A DNA stretch of 32,000 bases from Microcystis aeruginosa NIES-843 (lineage in GTDB: Bacteria; Cyanobacteriota; Cyanobacteriia; Cyanobacteriales; Microcystaceae): NCBI RefSeq assembly GCF_000010625.1, contig NC_010296.1, positions 1,800,001 through 1,832,000 of the forward strand. Reading direction: 5' to 3'. The position numbers were made by a program, and so were the translations under genes. How positions within the stretch are numbered: position 1 is the first letter of the stretch; each line of letters starts with the position of its first letter. Below the pieces are notes generated by a model, which was given only the letters and a program-made list of their open reading frames with translations, was not told the DNA's origin and searched no databases. This document shows, piece after piece, positions 8,747 through 16,698 of this stretch.

Positions 8747-9256
8747 ATGGGTATGAGTATAACTTTTGAAAATGCCATCCAAAAAACTCAAGATTTACTA
8801 AGTCAAATTGAGTTTTTAGATGCAAATAAAATCATTCAAGCAGTGACTGATATAGTCTCAACAGAAAATGGAGCTAGAGGTTTTTTGGTTACTTACTTAA
8901 CTAGCGATTTATCCCCTACGGAATATCCTATTTTAGAAGTCATCACTGCTTTAAAAACTTCCCCGATATTGGTCAATGAATTATTAGTCAAAAATCTGGC
9001 TATGTCCACGGCAATGGTTATCTATCATCGCGGTCAAGGGGACGAAGAAAACGCCCGAGGTTCTGAGAAAGTCCAAGAAAAAACTGGTCAACTAATTAAG
9101 CAGTTATTATCGCCTGCCTTGGAGGAAAAATTACAACAATTAGCCACCAGTTTAAACGCGGGACAAGGAGAATATCAAGCCTTTCTAGAGCGCTGGGGAT
9201 ATGACGATTGCCAACGTCAAGCGATCGCAGAAATCATTCAACCTTTTCTTCAGTAA
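8747..9256 (+). CDS. Hypothetical protein (169 aa)
   Basis: Clean ORF 34 bp downstream of the Rpn-like gene on the same strand. I recognise no motif. Confidence 0.6.
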   Translation: MGMSITFENAIQKTQDLLSQIEFLDANKIIQAVTDIVSTENGARGFLVTYLTSDLSPTEYPILEVITALKTSPILVNELLVKNLAMSTAMVIYHRGQGDEENARGSEKVQEKTGQLIKQLLSPALEEKLQQLATSLNAGQGEYQAFLERWGYDDCQRQAIAEIIQPFLQ

Positions 9257-9260
9257 CTAG

Positions 9261-9426
9261 GGGCTGCTGAAAAAGTTGGTTGGTGGGAGCCTGGTGTGGG
9301 GTTTTACCCATTTTCAGGGAAAAAGTACCTGAATTTTCCCCCTGATTACTCCAATGGCCGGCACTTTTGGATGGCCAAAAAGTCTAAAAGTCTTATCCAA
9401 CAAGGTTTTTGGATTTATTGAGCCGG
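9261..9426. mobile_element. MITE family A copy 2 (inverted relative to copy 1, one end degenerate)
   Basis: GGGCTGCTGAAAAAG...CCCATTTTCAGGGAAAAAGTACCTGAATTTTCCCC...TTTGGATTTATTGAGCCGG aligns to the reverse complement of 728-896. The second TIR is eroded and no clear TSD is present. Confidence 0.7.
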
Positions 9427-9468
9427 ACTTCTGTATTTCTGAGTCAACTTTGGGGGGGTAAAACCCCA

Positions 9469-9540
9469 AGCCGATGATGGGATTTGAACCCACGACCAAT
9501 TGATTACGAATCAACTACTCTACCACTGAGCTACATCGGC
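9469..9540 (-). tRNA. tRNA-Thr (anticodon CGU)
   Basis: The reverse complement GCCGATG TA GCTC AGTGGTA GAGT A GTTGA TTCGTAA TCAAT TGGTC GTGGG TTCAAAT CCCAT CATCGGC folds as a canonical cloverleaf. It has a 7-bp acceptor stem, a GTTCAAATC T-loop and the anticodon loop TT-CGT-AA. Confidence 0.92.
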
Positions 9541-9599
9541 ACATTGCCAGTTTCTGATTATATCACGGACAATAGATACAGAGCTAGAAAAATTTTTTT

Positions 9600-9854
9600 A
9601 TGAGCAAATCTCCTCGACTCGATCCCCAAAAATACGCGCGCTTGAAAGCGGAAGCGGCCAATCCCTACCGAGGTCTGCGACAGTTTATCTATCTCGGTTT
9701 AGGGGCATCCGGTTTTATTGGTGCGGTGGTTTTTCTGGCCCAATTAGCGGCAGCAAGGGACGTAGCCACCGCCTTACCCAATTTTGCCCTACAAATCGGT
9801 GTGGTGGCCCTGATGATTTGGTTATTTCGTCGGGAAAAAAAAGCTGGCGGTTGA
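9600..9854 (+). CDS. Small conserved membrane protein (DUF3493-like, cyanobacteria/plastid lineage)
   Basis: 84 aa with a basic N-terminus (RLKAEAANPYRGLRQFIY) followed by two hydrophobic helices. The family assignment is from memory only. Confidence 0.6.
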   Translation: MSKSPRLDPQKYARLKAEAANPYRGLRQFIYLGLGASGFIGAVVFLAQLAAARDVATALPNFALQIGVVALMIWLFRREKKAGG

Positions 9855-10075
9855 GGGAGTAGCCACCGATAGCCAAAACGGTCTCTTTCCCTGGAGAATA
9901 AAAGTTAACATTAACTCCAATCTTTCTGTGTTATGATCGAGGCGAGAGTCAAGATTGGTGTTCAAGTTCGTTTTCAGTATTAACTCGGTAAGTCTTTTAC
10001 TTTAGTATTGTTCGGCTTCTCCCTGAATTTTGTGTCTCCACACCGTTTCGAGTATTGATCGAGGATTCAAGTATT

Positions 10076-10369
10076 ATGTCTATTTTTGTTGGTAATCTCT
10101 CTTACGAGATTTCCCAAGAAGATCTGGTCGATGTCTTTAAAGAGTACGGCCAGGTTCAAAGGGTTCATATTCCCGTGGATCGCGAGACACAGCGCAAACG
10201 CGGTTTCGCCTTCGTGGAAATGGAAAGTAAAGCCCAGGAAACCGCCGCAATTGAGGCACTGGATGGTGCTGACTGGATGGGGCGATCAATTAAAGTTAAC
10301 CAGGCCCGCGAGCGTGAAGAGCGCGCGCCCTTCAATGGTGGTGGTGGTGACAGAAAAAAACGCTATTAA
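10076..10369 (+). CDS. rbp: RRM-type RNA-binding protein (cyanobacterial Rbp), copy 1
   Basis: RNP2 is IFVGNL and RNP1 is RGFAFVEM. The ATG at 10076 is preferred over the TTG track start at 10055. Confidence 0.9.
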   Translation: MSIFVGNLSYEISQEDLVDVFKEYGQVQRVHIPVDRETQRKRGFAFVEMESKAQETAAIEALDGADWMGRSIKVNQAREREERAPFNGGGGDRKKRY

Positions 10370-10393
10370 GCTTTTTTTGTGAATAATTGTGGG

Positions 10394-10420
10394 AGGGTGG
10401 ATAGGGTTCACCCTTTTTTT
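10394..10420 (+). terminator. Rho-independent terminator after rbp copy 1
   Basis: AGGGTG gatagggtt CACCCT stem-loop followed by a T7 run. Confidence 0.7.
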
Positions 10421-10498
10421 GTCGGCAATTACGATCGCCGTTTCGCTCAAAACCAATAGAAATCTAAATGTCTGAGTCTCTCTAAAAGGTAACAAGTA

Positions 10499-10705
10499 GG
10501 GTTTGCGGCAAAAAGTTTTTCGTGGGGGTAGGGTGTGGGGTGTGGGGTGTAGGGTTTTACCCATTTTCAGGTGGTCAGTTACCTAATTTTCAGGGAAAAA
10601 GTCCCGGAATTTTACCCCCGATCACTCCAAGGGTCAGCACTTTTTGAGGGAAAAAAAATCTAAAAACCTTATCTAACAAGGTTTTTAGATTTATTCAGCA
10701 AACCC
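10499..10705. mobile_element. MITE family A copy 3, inserted in the 3' region of rbp unit 1
   Basis: GGGTTTGCGG...TTCAGCAAACCC flanked by CAAGTA (10493-10498 and 10706-10711). The paralogous unit 2 shows the empty site GGTAACAAGTAAACTATAAAGG at about 11318-11339. Confidence 0.9.
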
Positions 10706-10908
10706 CAAGTAAACTATAAAGGATATCGTCATCAGGTCTGATCGGCGATCAACTCTTTCTGTGTTATGATCGAGGCGAGAGTCAAGATTGGTGTTCAAGT
10801 TCGTTTTCAGTATTAATTCGGTAAGTCTTTTACTTTAGTATTGTTCGGCTTCTCCCTGAATTTTGTGTCTCCACACCGTTTCGAGTATTGATCGAGGATT
10901 CAAGTATT

Positions 10909-11202
10909 ATGTCTATTTTTGTTGGTAATCTCTCTTACGAGATTTCCCAAGAAGATCTGGTCGATGTCTTTAAAGAGTACGGCAAGGTTCAAAGGGTTCA
11001 TATTCCCGTTGACAAAGAGACAGGCCGCAAACGCGGTTTCGCCTTCGTGGAAATGGAAAGTAAAGCCCAGGAAACTACCGCAATTGAGGCACTGGATGGT
11101 GCTGAATGGATGGGGCGATCAATTAAAGTTAACCAGGCCCGCGAGCGTGAAGAGCGCGCGCCCTTCAATGGTGGTGGTGGTGACAGAAAAAAACGCTATT
11201 AA
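10909..11202 (+). CDS. rbp: RRM-type RNA-binding protein (cyanobacterial Rbp), copy 2
   Basis: Same architecture as copy 1, with five amino-acid differences (Q/K, R/K, Q/G, A/T, D/E). Confidence 0.9.
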   Translation: MSIFVGNLSYEISQEDLVDVFKEYGKVQRVHIPVDKETGRKRGFAFVEMESKAQETTAIEALDGAEWMGRSIKVNQAREREERAPFNGGGGDRKKRY

Positions 11203-11226
11203 GCTTTTTTTGTAAATAATTGTGGG

Positions 11227-11252
11227 AGGGTGGATAGGGTTCACCCTTTTTT
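11227..11252 (+). terminator. Rho-independent terminator after rbp copy 2
   Basis: Same AGGGTG...CACCCT hairpin followed by a T run. Confidence 0.7.
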
Positions 11253-11400
11253 CGTCGACAATTGCGATCGCCGTTCCCCTCAAAACCAATAGAAATCTAA
11301 ATGTCTGAGTCTCTCCAAAAGGTAACAAGTAAACTATAAAGGAGATCGTCATCAGGTCTGATCGGCGATCAACTCCCGAATATATGGACAACAAAAACCC

Positions 11401-13923
11401 ATGGAGACAACCTCTACCCTAGCTGATGGGCGTGAAGCACTTCAATGCCCCACTTTAGTTGAAGACGATCGCACCGGCATGAGTCCCGAAACCCTAAAAC
11501 GGGCTTTTCTGGACAATCTATTTTATTTGCAAGGGGTTAACCGCACTAATGCCAGTCCCTACAATTACTATGTCGCCCTTGCCTACACCGTTCGCGATCG
11601 CCTGCTGCGTCGTTTTCTGAAATCCACCGACACCTACAAACAAGAAAAAGTTAAACTCGTCTGCTATTTCTCCGCCGAATTTCTCATGGGGCGGTATTTA
11701 GGTAATAATCTCGCTAATTTGGGTATTTATGACCTAATCAAAGAGATGATCGAGGAATTAGGTCTTGATTTTGAGGAAATTATCGAACAGGAACCGGATC
11801 CCGGCCTGGGAAACGGCGGTTTAGGGCGTTTAGCGGCTTGTTTCCTCGATTCCCTCGCTTCCCTAGAAATTCCCGCCATCGGTTACGGTATCCGCTACGA
11901 ATTTGGCATTTTCCATCAAATGATCCAAGACGGTTGGCAGGTGGAAATCCCCGATAACTGGCTACGGTTCGGCAATCCTTGGGAATTACCCCGTCCCGAT
12001 GAAAGTGTGGAAGTAAAACTGGGTGGCCGGACGGAAATCTATCACGATGATAAGGGACAGGAACGGGTACAATGGCTGCCGGAACGTCGGGTTTTAGCCA
12101 TTCCCCATGATACCCCCGTCCCGGGTTACAAAACCAACACGGTGAACGCTTTGCGTCTCTGGAAAGCAGAAGCGAGTGAATCGTTTAATTTTGAGGCTTT
12201 TAACGCCGGGTTATACGATCAATCCGTGGCCGAAAAAATGGACGCGGAAACCATTTCTAAAGTCCTTTATCCCAACGATAACACCCCCGCCGGTCGCGAA
12301 TTACGTCTGGCCCAACAATACTTTTTTGTGGCTGCTTCCCTGCAAGATTTAATTCGCATTCACCTAAAAAGCCACAAAAATCTGCAAAACTTCCACGAAA
12401 CCGCCGCTATTCAGCTGAACGATACTCACCCAGCCATTGCGATCGCTGAGTTAATGCGTTTGTTAGTGGATGAAAACGGCTTAGAATGGTCAAAAGCTTG
12501 GGCAATTACCCAAAAAACCTTCGCTTATACCAATCATACCCTATTGCCGGAAGCCCTAGAACGTTGGTCGGCGGATCTGCTGGGGAAATTGCTACCCCGA
12601 CATCTAGAAATTATCTACCTGATCAATCACTTTTTCCTTGAGGATGTGCGGACTTGGTTTCCCGATAACGAGGAATTATTGGGCAAATTGTCGATAGTTG
12701 AAGAAGCTGGTTGGGGTAATAAACAAATTCGCATGGCTAATTTAGCCTGTGTGGGTAGTCACTCGATTAATGGAGTCGCCGCTTTACACACGGAGTTACT
12801 GCAAAAAGACACCCTGAAAGAGTTTGCCATGCTCTGGCCGGAAAAATTCTACAATAAAACCAATGGTGTCACCCCGCGCCGGTGGATTTTATTGAGCAAT
12901 CCCCAATTATCGGCACTATTTACTGAAAAAATCGGCGATGATTGGTTAAAAGACCTGAAGGAATTGCGAAAACTGGAACAATACCTTGATGATCCCGAAT
13001 TCCGTCAGCGTTGGTATGAAATTAAACAGGCGAATAAGGCCGATTTAGCGGCTTATATGCTGAAAACCCGCAATATCGAGGTGGATGTTAATTCGATTTT
13101 CGATGTGCAGGTAAAACGGATTCACGAATACAAACGCCAACATCTGGCAGTTCTGCACATTATCGCCCTTTACAATCGCATTAAACAGAACCCTCAGATC
13201 GATATCGTGCCGCGCACTTTTATCTTTGGTGGTAAGGCAGCCCCCGGTTACTTTATGGCTAAGTTAATTATTAAGTTAACTAATGCTGTAGCTGAAATTG
13301 TTAATAAGGATCCTGATGTCAGAGGTCGTTTAAAAGTGGTTTTCCTGCCTAACTTTAACGTTTCTTTGGGTCAACGCATCTATCCGGCGGCTGATCTTTC
13401 CGAACAGATTTCCACGGCGGGTAAGGAAGCTTCCGGAACCGGTAACATGAAGTTTGCCATGAATGGCTCCCTCACCATCGGTACCCTTGACGGTGCTAAT
13501 ATCGAAATTCGCGAGGAAGCAGGAGCAGAAAATTTCTTCCTTTTTGGCTTGACAGCAGGAGAAGTTTATGCTAAGAAAGCACACGGTTATGAACCGATGA
13601 GCTATTACAAAAATAATCGCGAATTGAAGGGAGTGATCGATCGGATCAAGAGTGGTTATTTTAGCCATGGTGACCAGGAATTATTCAGGCCGATCGTCGA
13701 TTCTCTCCTCTACGATGACCAGTATATGCTTTTAGCTGATTATCAATCCTACGCTGATTGTCAGGAACAGGTAAGTGAAGCTTATCGCGATCGGGACAAG
13801 TGGACGCGGATGTCGATTCTCAACTCGGTTCGTATGGCAAAATTCTCTAGCGATCGCACGATCTGGGAATATTGTCAAGAGATTTGGAAAGTTAATCCAG
13901 TCAAGATTAGCTTAGAGGATTAA
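11401..13923 (+). CDS. glgP: Glycogen (alpha-glucan) phosphorylase
   Basis: 840 aa with family hallmarks: GLGNGGLGRLAACFLDS, NDTHPA, and the PLP-lysine motif EASGTGNMKFAMNG. Confidence 0.97.
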   Translation: METTSTLADGREALQCPTLVEDDRTGMSPETLKRAFLDNLFYLQGVNRTNASPYNYYVALAYTVRDRLLRRFLKSTDTYKQEKVKLVCYFSAEFLMGRYLGNNLANLGIYDLIKEMIEELGLDFEEIIEQEPDPGLGNGGLGRLAACFLDSLASLEIPAIGYGIRYEFGIFHQMIQDGWQVEIPDNWLRFGNPWELPRPDESVEVKLGGRTEIYHDDKGQERVQWLPERRVLAIPHDTPVPGYKTNTVNALRLWKAEASESFNFEAFNAGLYDQSVAEKMDAETISKVLYPNDNTPAGRELRLAQQYFFVAASLQDLIRIHLKSHKNLQNFHETAAIQLNDTHPAIAIAELMRLLVDENGLEWSKAWAITQKTFAYTNHTLLPEALERWSADLLGKLLPRHLEIIYLINHFFLEDVRTWFPDNEELLGKLSIVEEAGWGNKQIRMANLACVGSHSINGVAALHTELLQKDTLKEFAMLWPEKFYNKTNGVTPRRWILLSNPQLSALFTEKIGDDWLKDLKELRKLEQYLDDPEFRQRWYEIKQANKADLAAYMLKTRNIEVDVNSIFDVQVKRIHEYKRQHLAVLHIIALYNRIKQNPQIDIVPRTFIFGGKAAPGYFMAKLIIKLTNAVAEIVNKDPDVRGRLKVVFLPNFNVSLGQRIYPAADLSEQISTAGKEASGTGNMKFAMNGSLTIGTLDGANIEIREEAGAENFFLFGLTAGEVYAKKAHGYEPMSYYKNNRELKGVIDRIKSGYFSHGDQELFRPIVDSLLYDDQYMLLADYQSYADCQEQVSEAYRDRDKWTRMSILNSVRMAKFSSDRTIWEYCQEIWKVNPVKISLED

Positions 13924-14077
13924 AAAACTCGGTCAAGTTCGGGTTTAGTCCTTGACTAGCCCGAATTCTGGAACCGTAGCCCCAAAAATGCTTTGTGAAA
14001 ACGTCTAAACTATGATTTTTATGATTGTTTGATGGACTATGATTTTAATTTTTATACACTTCAATTATTTCTAGTTA

Positions 14078-14304
14078 GGGTTTGCTGAATAATGGTAAAA
14101 CCCTTTTAAAATAAGGCTTTTGACCTGTTAAAATCCGATGTTCATGCTGCGAAAATCGGATTAGGACCCTCAAAAACCTGGCATTATCCTTCTTATAGTA
14201 CACAAGCTGGTACAAAAAAGAGGGCAGCAAAGCCTGAAACGACCGGCTACTGACGACCGACGACCGACTCCTAACCCCACCAACAAACTTTTTGCCGCAA
14301 ACCC
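14078..14304. mobile_element. MITE sharing family A termini but with an unrelated internal sequence
   Basis: GGGTTTGCTGAATAA...TTTTTGCCGCAAACCC. The interior differs from the other A copies. It is separated from the next MITE only by TAAATA. Confidence 0.7.
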
Positions 14305-14310
14305 TAAATA

Positions 14311-14515
14311 GGGCTGGCTGAATAAATCTAAAAACCTTGCTGGATAAGACTTTTAGCCTTTTTTGAAATCCAAAAGTACCAGATATGGGAGTGATCAGGG
14401 GGAAATTCAGGTACTTTTTCCCTGAAAATTAGGTAATTGACCCCCTCAAAATCGATAAAACCCCACACCCCACACCCCACACCCTGCCCCCAGGAAAAGC
14501 TTTTTCAGCAGACCC
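14311..14515. mobile_element. MITE family A copy 4
   Basis: GGGCTGGCTGAATAAATCTAAAAACCTTGCTGGATAAGAC...TTTTTCAGCAGACCC is collinear with 728-896 and includes the (CCCCACA)n-like tract. Confidence 0.85.
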
Positions 14516-14635
14516 TAAGTAAACTTATTATACCCTTTCATAGTAACAGGTAAGGATGTTCGGTTTCCTTAAAATCGATCGCTGTAGCGGTAGGACCCGC
14601 ATTAAGGAACGCATCCTACCAGATCGGCGATCATA
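14516..14635. repeat. Repeat 'repA' copy a (~120 bp) abutting the 3' end of a minus-strand gene
   Basis: TAAGTAAACTTATTATACCCTTTCATAGTAACAGGTAAGGATGTTCGGTTTCCTTAAAATCGATCGCTGTAGCGGTAGGACCCGCATTAAGGAACGCATCCTACCAGATCGGC. It is clearly homologous by eye to 19117-19135 plus 19565-19669, and its distal half to 16463-16516. Confidence 0.85.
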
Positions 14636-15043
14636 CTATTCCCAAGTTAGAGTTATGCCTTCTAGGTTACATACTCTCTGAATAGTTTCCAGTTTACTCT
14701 CAGTCAATTTCCCAAATAGGTGAACTCTCATTTTATGCTTAGGATAATACTGTCCATAACTCTTGATTTGCCCAATCGCTGATTTCCAGCCTTTTGTATT
14801 TTTAACTTCAATTATTTCCGTATTAGTTAAGACATCTATTCTACCTACCTTATCAATGTAAACCTCGGTTTTTCCTCCTAATTCTCTAGCAAGTTTGTCC
14901 CGATACCAAGCCTCTGTCCCCTTTACAGGAGTATTTATCTCCGGCTCAATAACTATGCCATTAAGCTGATTAATAAAGTCCCGAATTGCTCCTCTTACTA
15001 ATTTTTGAGCAGCATTGGGGGACTGTCTTTTTCGTTTAGCCAT
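14636..15043 (-). CDS. Small PD-(D/E)XK (RecB-like) nuclease-fold protein, uncharacterised
   Basis: 135 aa with a basic N-terminus (MAKRKRQSPNAAQK). The ordered motifs are E(TEVYID)...D(GRIDVLT)...E-x-K(EIIEVK)...QxxxY(GQIKSY). This is a fold-level inference only. Confidence 0.65.
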   Translation of the reverse strand: MAKRKRQSPNAAQKLVRGAIRDFINQLNGIVIEPEINTPVKGTEAWYRDKLARELGGKTEVYIDKVGRIDVLTNTEIIEVKNTKGWKSAIGQIKSYGQYYPKHKMRVHLFGKLTESKLETIQRVCNLEGITLTWE

Positions 15044-15045
15044 TC

Positions 15046-15486
15046 TTACTCAGTGAATAATTTAGAGATACCATACCCAGCCAAACCAATTACTGCTCCT
15101 ACTGCCGCTACGGGAGCCATCGTCACTGCAACTGCCGTCCCCCCTACTGCTAATCCCATACCTCCAACCAATGCTGATATACCGGCTCCAGCACCCGCAC
15201 CAATTGCTGCTGCTCCAATTGCCGTTGCGTCTTGTTCTTCTATTGCTTTTTTGGTTCCGTAAACTGCCGTGCCGACCACTGCTCCTGCTGCTGCTACTGG
15301 AGCCATACCGACTCCTAGAGCAGTTCCTCCTACAGCAAGTCCCATACCGCCAACTACTGCCGATGCACTAGCTCCAATCGCTGTACCTACTCCCACTGAA
15401 ATCATTGCCTCTTGAACTTCTTCTGGCTTATTTTTGTCCATTATTTTTTGCCTCATTAGCTTTGGGTAATTATGAAACTCTAGCAT
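15046..15486 (-). CDS. Gly/Ala-zipper membrane protein with two internal ~55-aa repeats
   Basis: The repeats are VVGGMGLAVGGTALGVGMAPVAAAGAVVGTAVYG and LVGGMGLAVGGTAVAVTMAPVAAVGAVIGLAGYG. The likely start is MDKNKPEE at 15441, which has GAGG 9 nt upstream. The stop lies 2 nt from the downstream nuclease-like gene. The region is low-complexity and also has antisense ORFs. Confidence 0.6.
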   Translation of the reverse strand: MLEFHNYPKLMRQKIMDKNKPEEVQEAMISVGVGTAIGASASAVVGGMGLAVGGTALGVGMAPVAAAGAVVGTAVYGTKKAIEEQDATAIGAAAIGAGAGAGISALVGGMGLAVGGTAVAVTMAPVAAVGAVIGLAGYGISKLFTE

Positions 15487-15558
15487 AAGACAGACAAGCC
15501 GTGAACCACAACAAGCCAGGCGTTAAGGCGCGTAGCGCCAGTCAGGTGCATACGGTTG

Positions 15559-16224
15559 TTAGCTGGCTTCCGGTATTGCCAGCCACTGATTGTCTGAGAT
15601 TTCCAAGGTTTTGAAACAACAGCGAAACGCTTTGCCTATCGGGCTGCAGGCATACACTCCGATTTCGCAATCGTCGGCTATCTTGTGTAAGTGTGTGATC
15701 CGCATTTGCAGCCAAGCCTGCCCATCATAAGAATTCTCTAGCAGAAAATCGCTCCCCCGTTTACTGATGCGATACCACATTTCGCGGTATCCTGAAGCAA
15801 TGTCTTGCGTTGCCCAATCAGAATATCCCAAATTGGTCACCACAGAACCAAGCCGACTAGCTTGTTCGCTTTCATATTCCGTGGAAACTTTTATCCAATT
15901 CTGACTGTCAATCCGCACCATTAGGCCACATTGATCATATTTTTCCCGAGGCTGAAATTCTACTTGGGTCATTAGGGAAAAATCCCCAACTTGTCGGATC
16001 AATAAGCAATGCCCATCATCTCTTTGAAAACCATAGTGCGTGTTTTGCCAAAAATCAGTTTTTTCATCTGTAGAAATTTCCAAGCCATTACCCAAACGAT
16101 AATGCGTCGGCTCGTTGAGCCAGTAAAAATCATCTGACAATGCTGGCTGTAAAAAATTTTCACTAAGTCGCATAATATCGCTCCTAATCAGATACATCGT
16201 GATATTACGAGGCCAGCTAACCAT
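15559..16224 (-). CDS. DUF1349-family protein (concanavalin A-like lectin/glucanase fold)
   Basis: TDFWQNTHYGFQRDDGH...DFSLMTQVEF...YDQCGLMVR match the DUF1349 pattern as I recall it. The likely true start is MRLSENF at 16173, which has AGGAG 7-8 nt upstream. Confidence 0.75.
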   Translation of the reverse strand: MVSWPRNITMYLIRSDIMRLSENFLQPALSDDFYWLNEPTHYRLGNGLEISTDEKTDFWQNTHYGFQRDDGHCLLIRQVGDFSLMTQVEFQPREKYDQCGLMVRIDSQNWIKVSTEYESEQASRLGSVVTNLGYSDWATQDIASGYREMWYRISKRGSDFLLENSYDGQAWLQMRITHLHKIADDCEIGVYACSPIGKAFRCCFKTLEISDNQWLAIPEAS

Positions 16225-16357
16225 TGATTATACAGAAACTTTCCGAATAACCAGAGTAAGGATATGGGGAAACTTTCGGCATATCACCCCGTTTTGTGGA
16301 TTTCTGACAATCAGCTGAGATACAAAGAACTTTTCAGCGACCCTATCACTAATTCTT
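16212..16357. repeat. Repeat 'repB' copy 1, immediately 5' of a minus-strand gene
   Basis: ...ATTATACAGAAACTTTCCGAATAACCAGAGTAAGGATATGGGGAAACTTTCGGCATATCACCCCGTTTT...GATTTCTGACAATCAGCTGAGATACAAAGAACTTTTCAGCGACC... recurs at 20499-20725. It carries TATAAT on the minus strand (complement of 16227-16232). Confidence 0.85.
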
Positions 16358-16462
16358 CAATCTGACTGCACTTCGTAACAAAAATTTACAATTATTTGAC
16401 GGCACTCGCACTCCCGTCCGTCGCTGTGCCTAGACGTTTTTAGATTATTATCATTCAAATCT

Positions 16463-16516
16463 ATCGCTGCAGCGGTAGGACTTGCATGAGGGAACACACC
16501 CTACCAGATCTGCACT
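16463..16516. repeat. Partial repA copy b (hairpin-containing distal half only)
   Basis: ATCGCTGCAGCGGTAGGACTTGCATGAGGGAACACACCCTACCAGATCTGCACT is nearly identical to 19616-19669. Confidence 0.85.
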
Positions 16517-16698
16517 GAGTTCCGTTGTTGCCTTGTTAGGATTAGGAGGATTAGGGTTAGTCTCTAGCCTGACCAAGCGAAAATAGAAATAGTAGGGTGA
16601 GCATTGCCCACCTTACCGCTTTTTCGGTCATAATAAATCCGAATTAGGGCGAACTGTAGTAGAATAGAAATCGAACCTCTTAAGCAGGGTTTATAAGG

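Larger units (their letters stand above)
9922..11374 (+). repeat. Tandem duplication of a 620-bp rbp unit (unit 1 = 9922-10754 including a 213-bp MITE+TSD insertion; unit 2 = 10755-11374)
   Basis: Base-by-base comparison: the 154-bp leader differs at 1 position, the CDS at 12 and the 3' region at about 10. The junction is ...GATCAACT|CTTTCTGTG. Confidence 0.95.

Noticed and set aside
9314-9514. 66-aa minus-strand ORF
   Set aside because: It spans MITE-A copy 2 and the tRNA-Thr gene.
9880-9945. Possible promoter for rbp (TTAACA ... TTATGAT)
   Set aside because: The spacing between the candidate -35 and -10 is ~20 nt for unit 1, and no -35 exists for unit 2. This is not supportable without TSS data.
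10086-11394. Alternative-frame and antisense ORFs over the rbp units (10086..10382, 10919..11215, 10286..10564, 11119..11394)
   Set aside because: The RRM frame has canonical RNP1/RNP2 motifs. The others are duplicated shadow frames or run through the MITE and terminator sequence.
13330-13668. 112-aa minus-strand ORF
   Set aside because: It is antisense inside glgP.
13930-13975. Possible glgP terminator (overlapping GTCAAG/CTTGAC and TTCGGG/CCCGAA stems)
   Set aside because: The stems are short and mutually exclusive, and no T tract follows.
15005-15371. + strand ORFs 15005..15262 and 15171..15371 (Pro/Ala/Leu-rich)
   Set aside because: They are antisense translations of the GC-rich Gly/Ala-coding repeats. 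The minus strand is preferred because of the RBS, the 2-nt coupling to the next gene and the TM-like periodicity. Residual uncertainty is noted in the finding.
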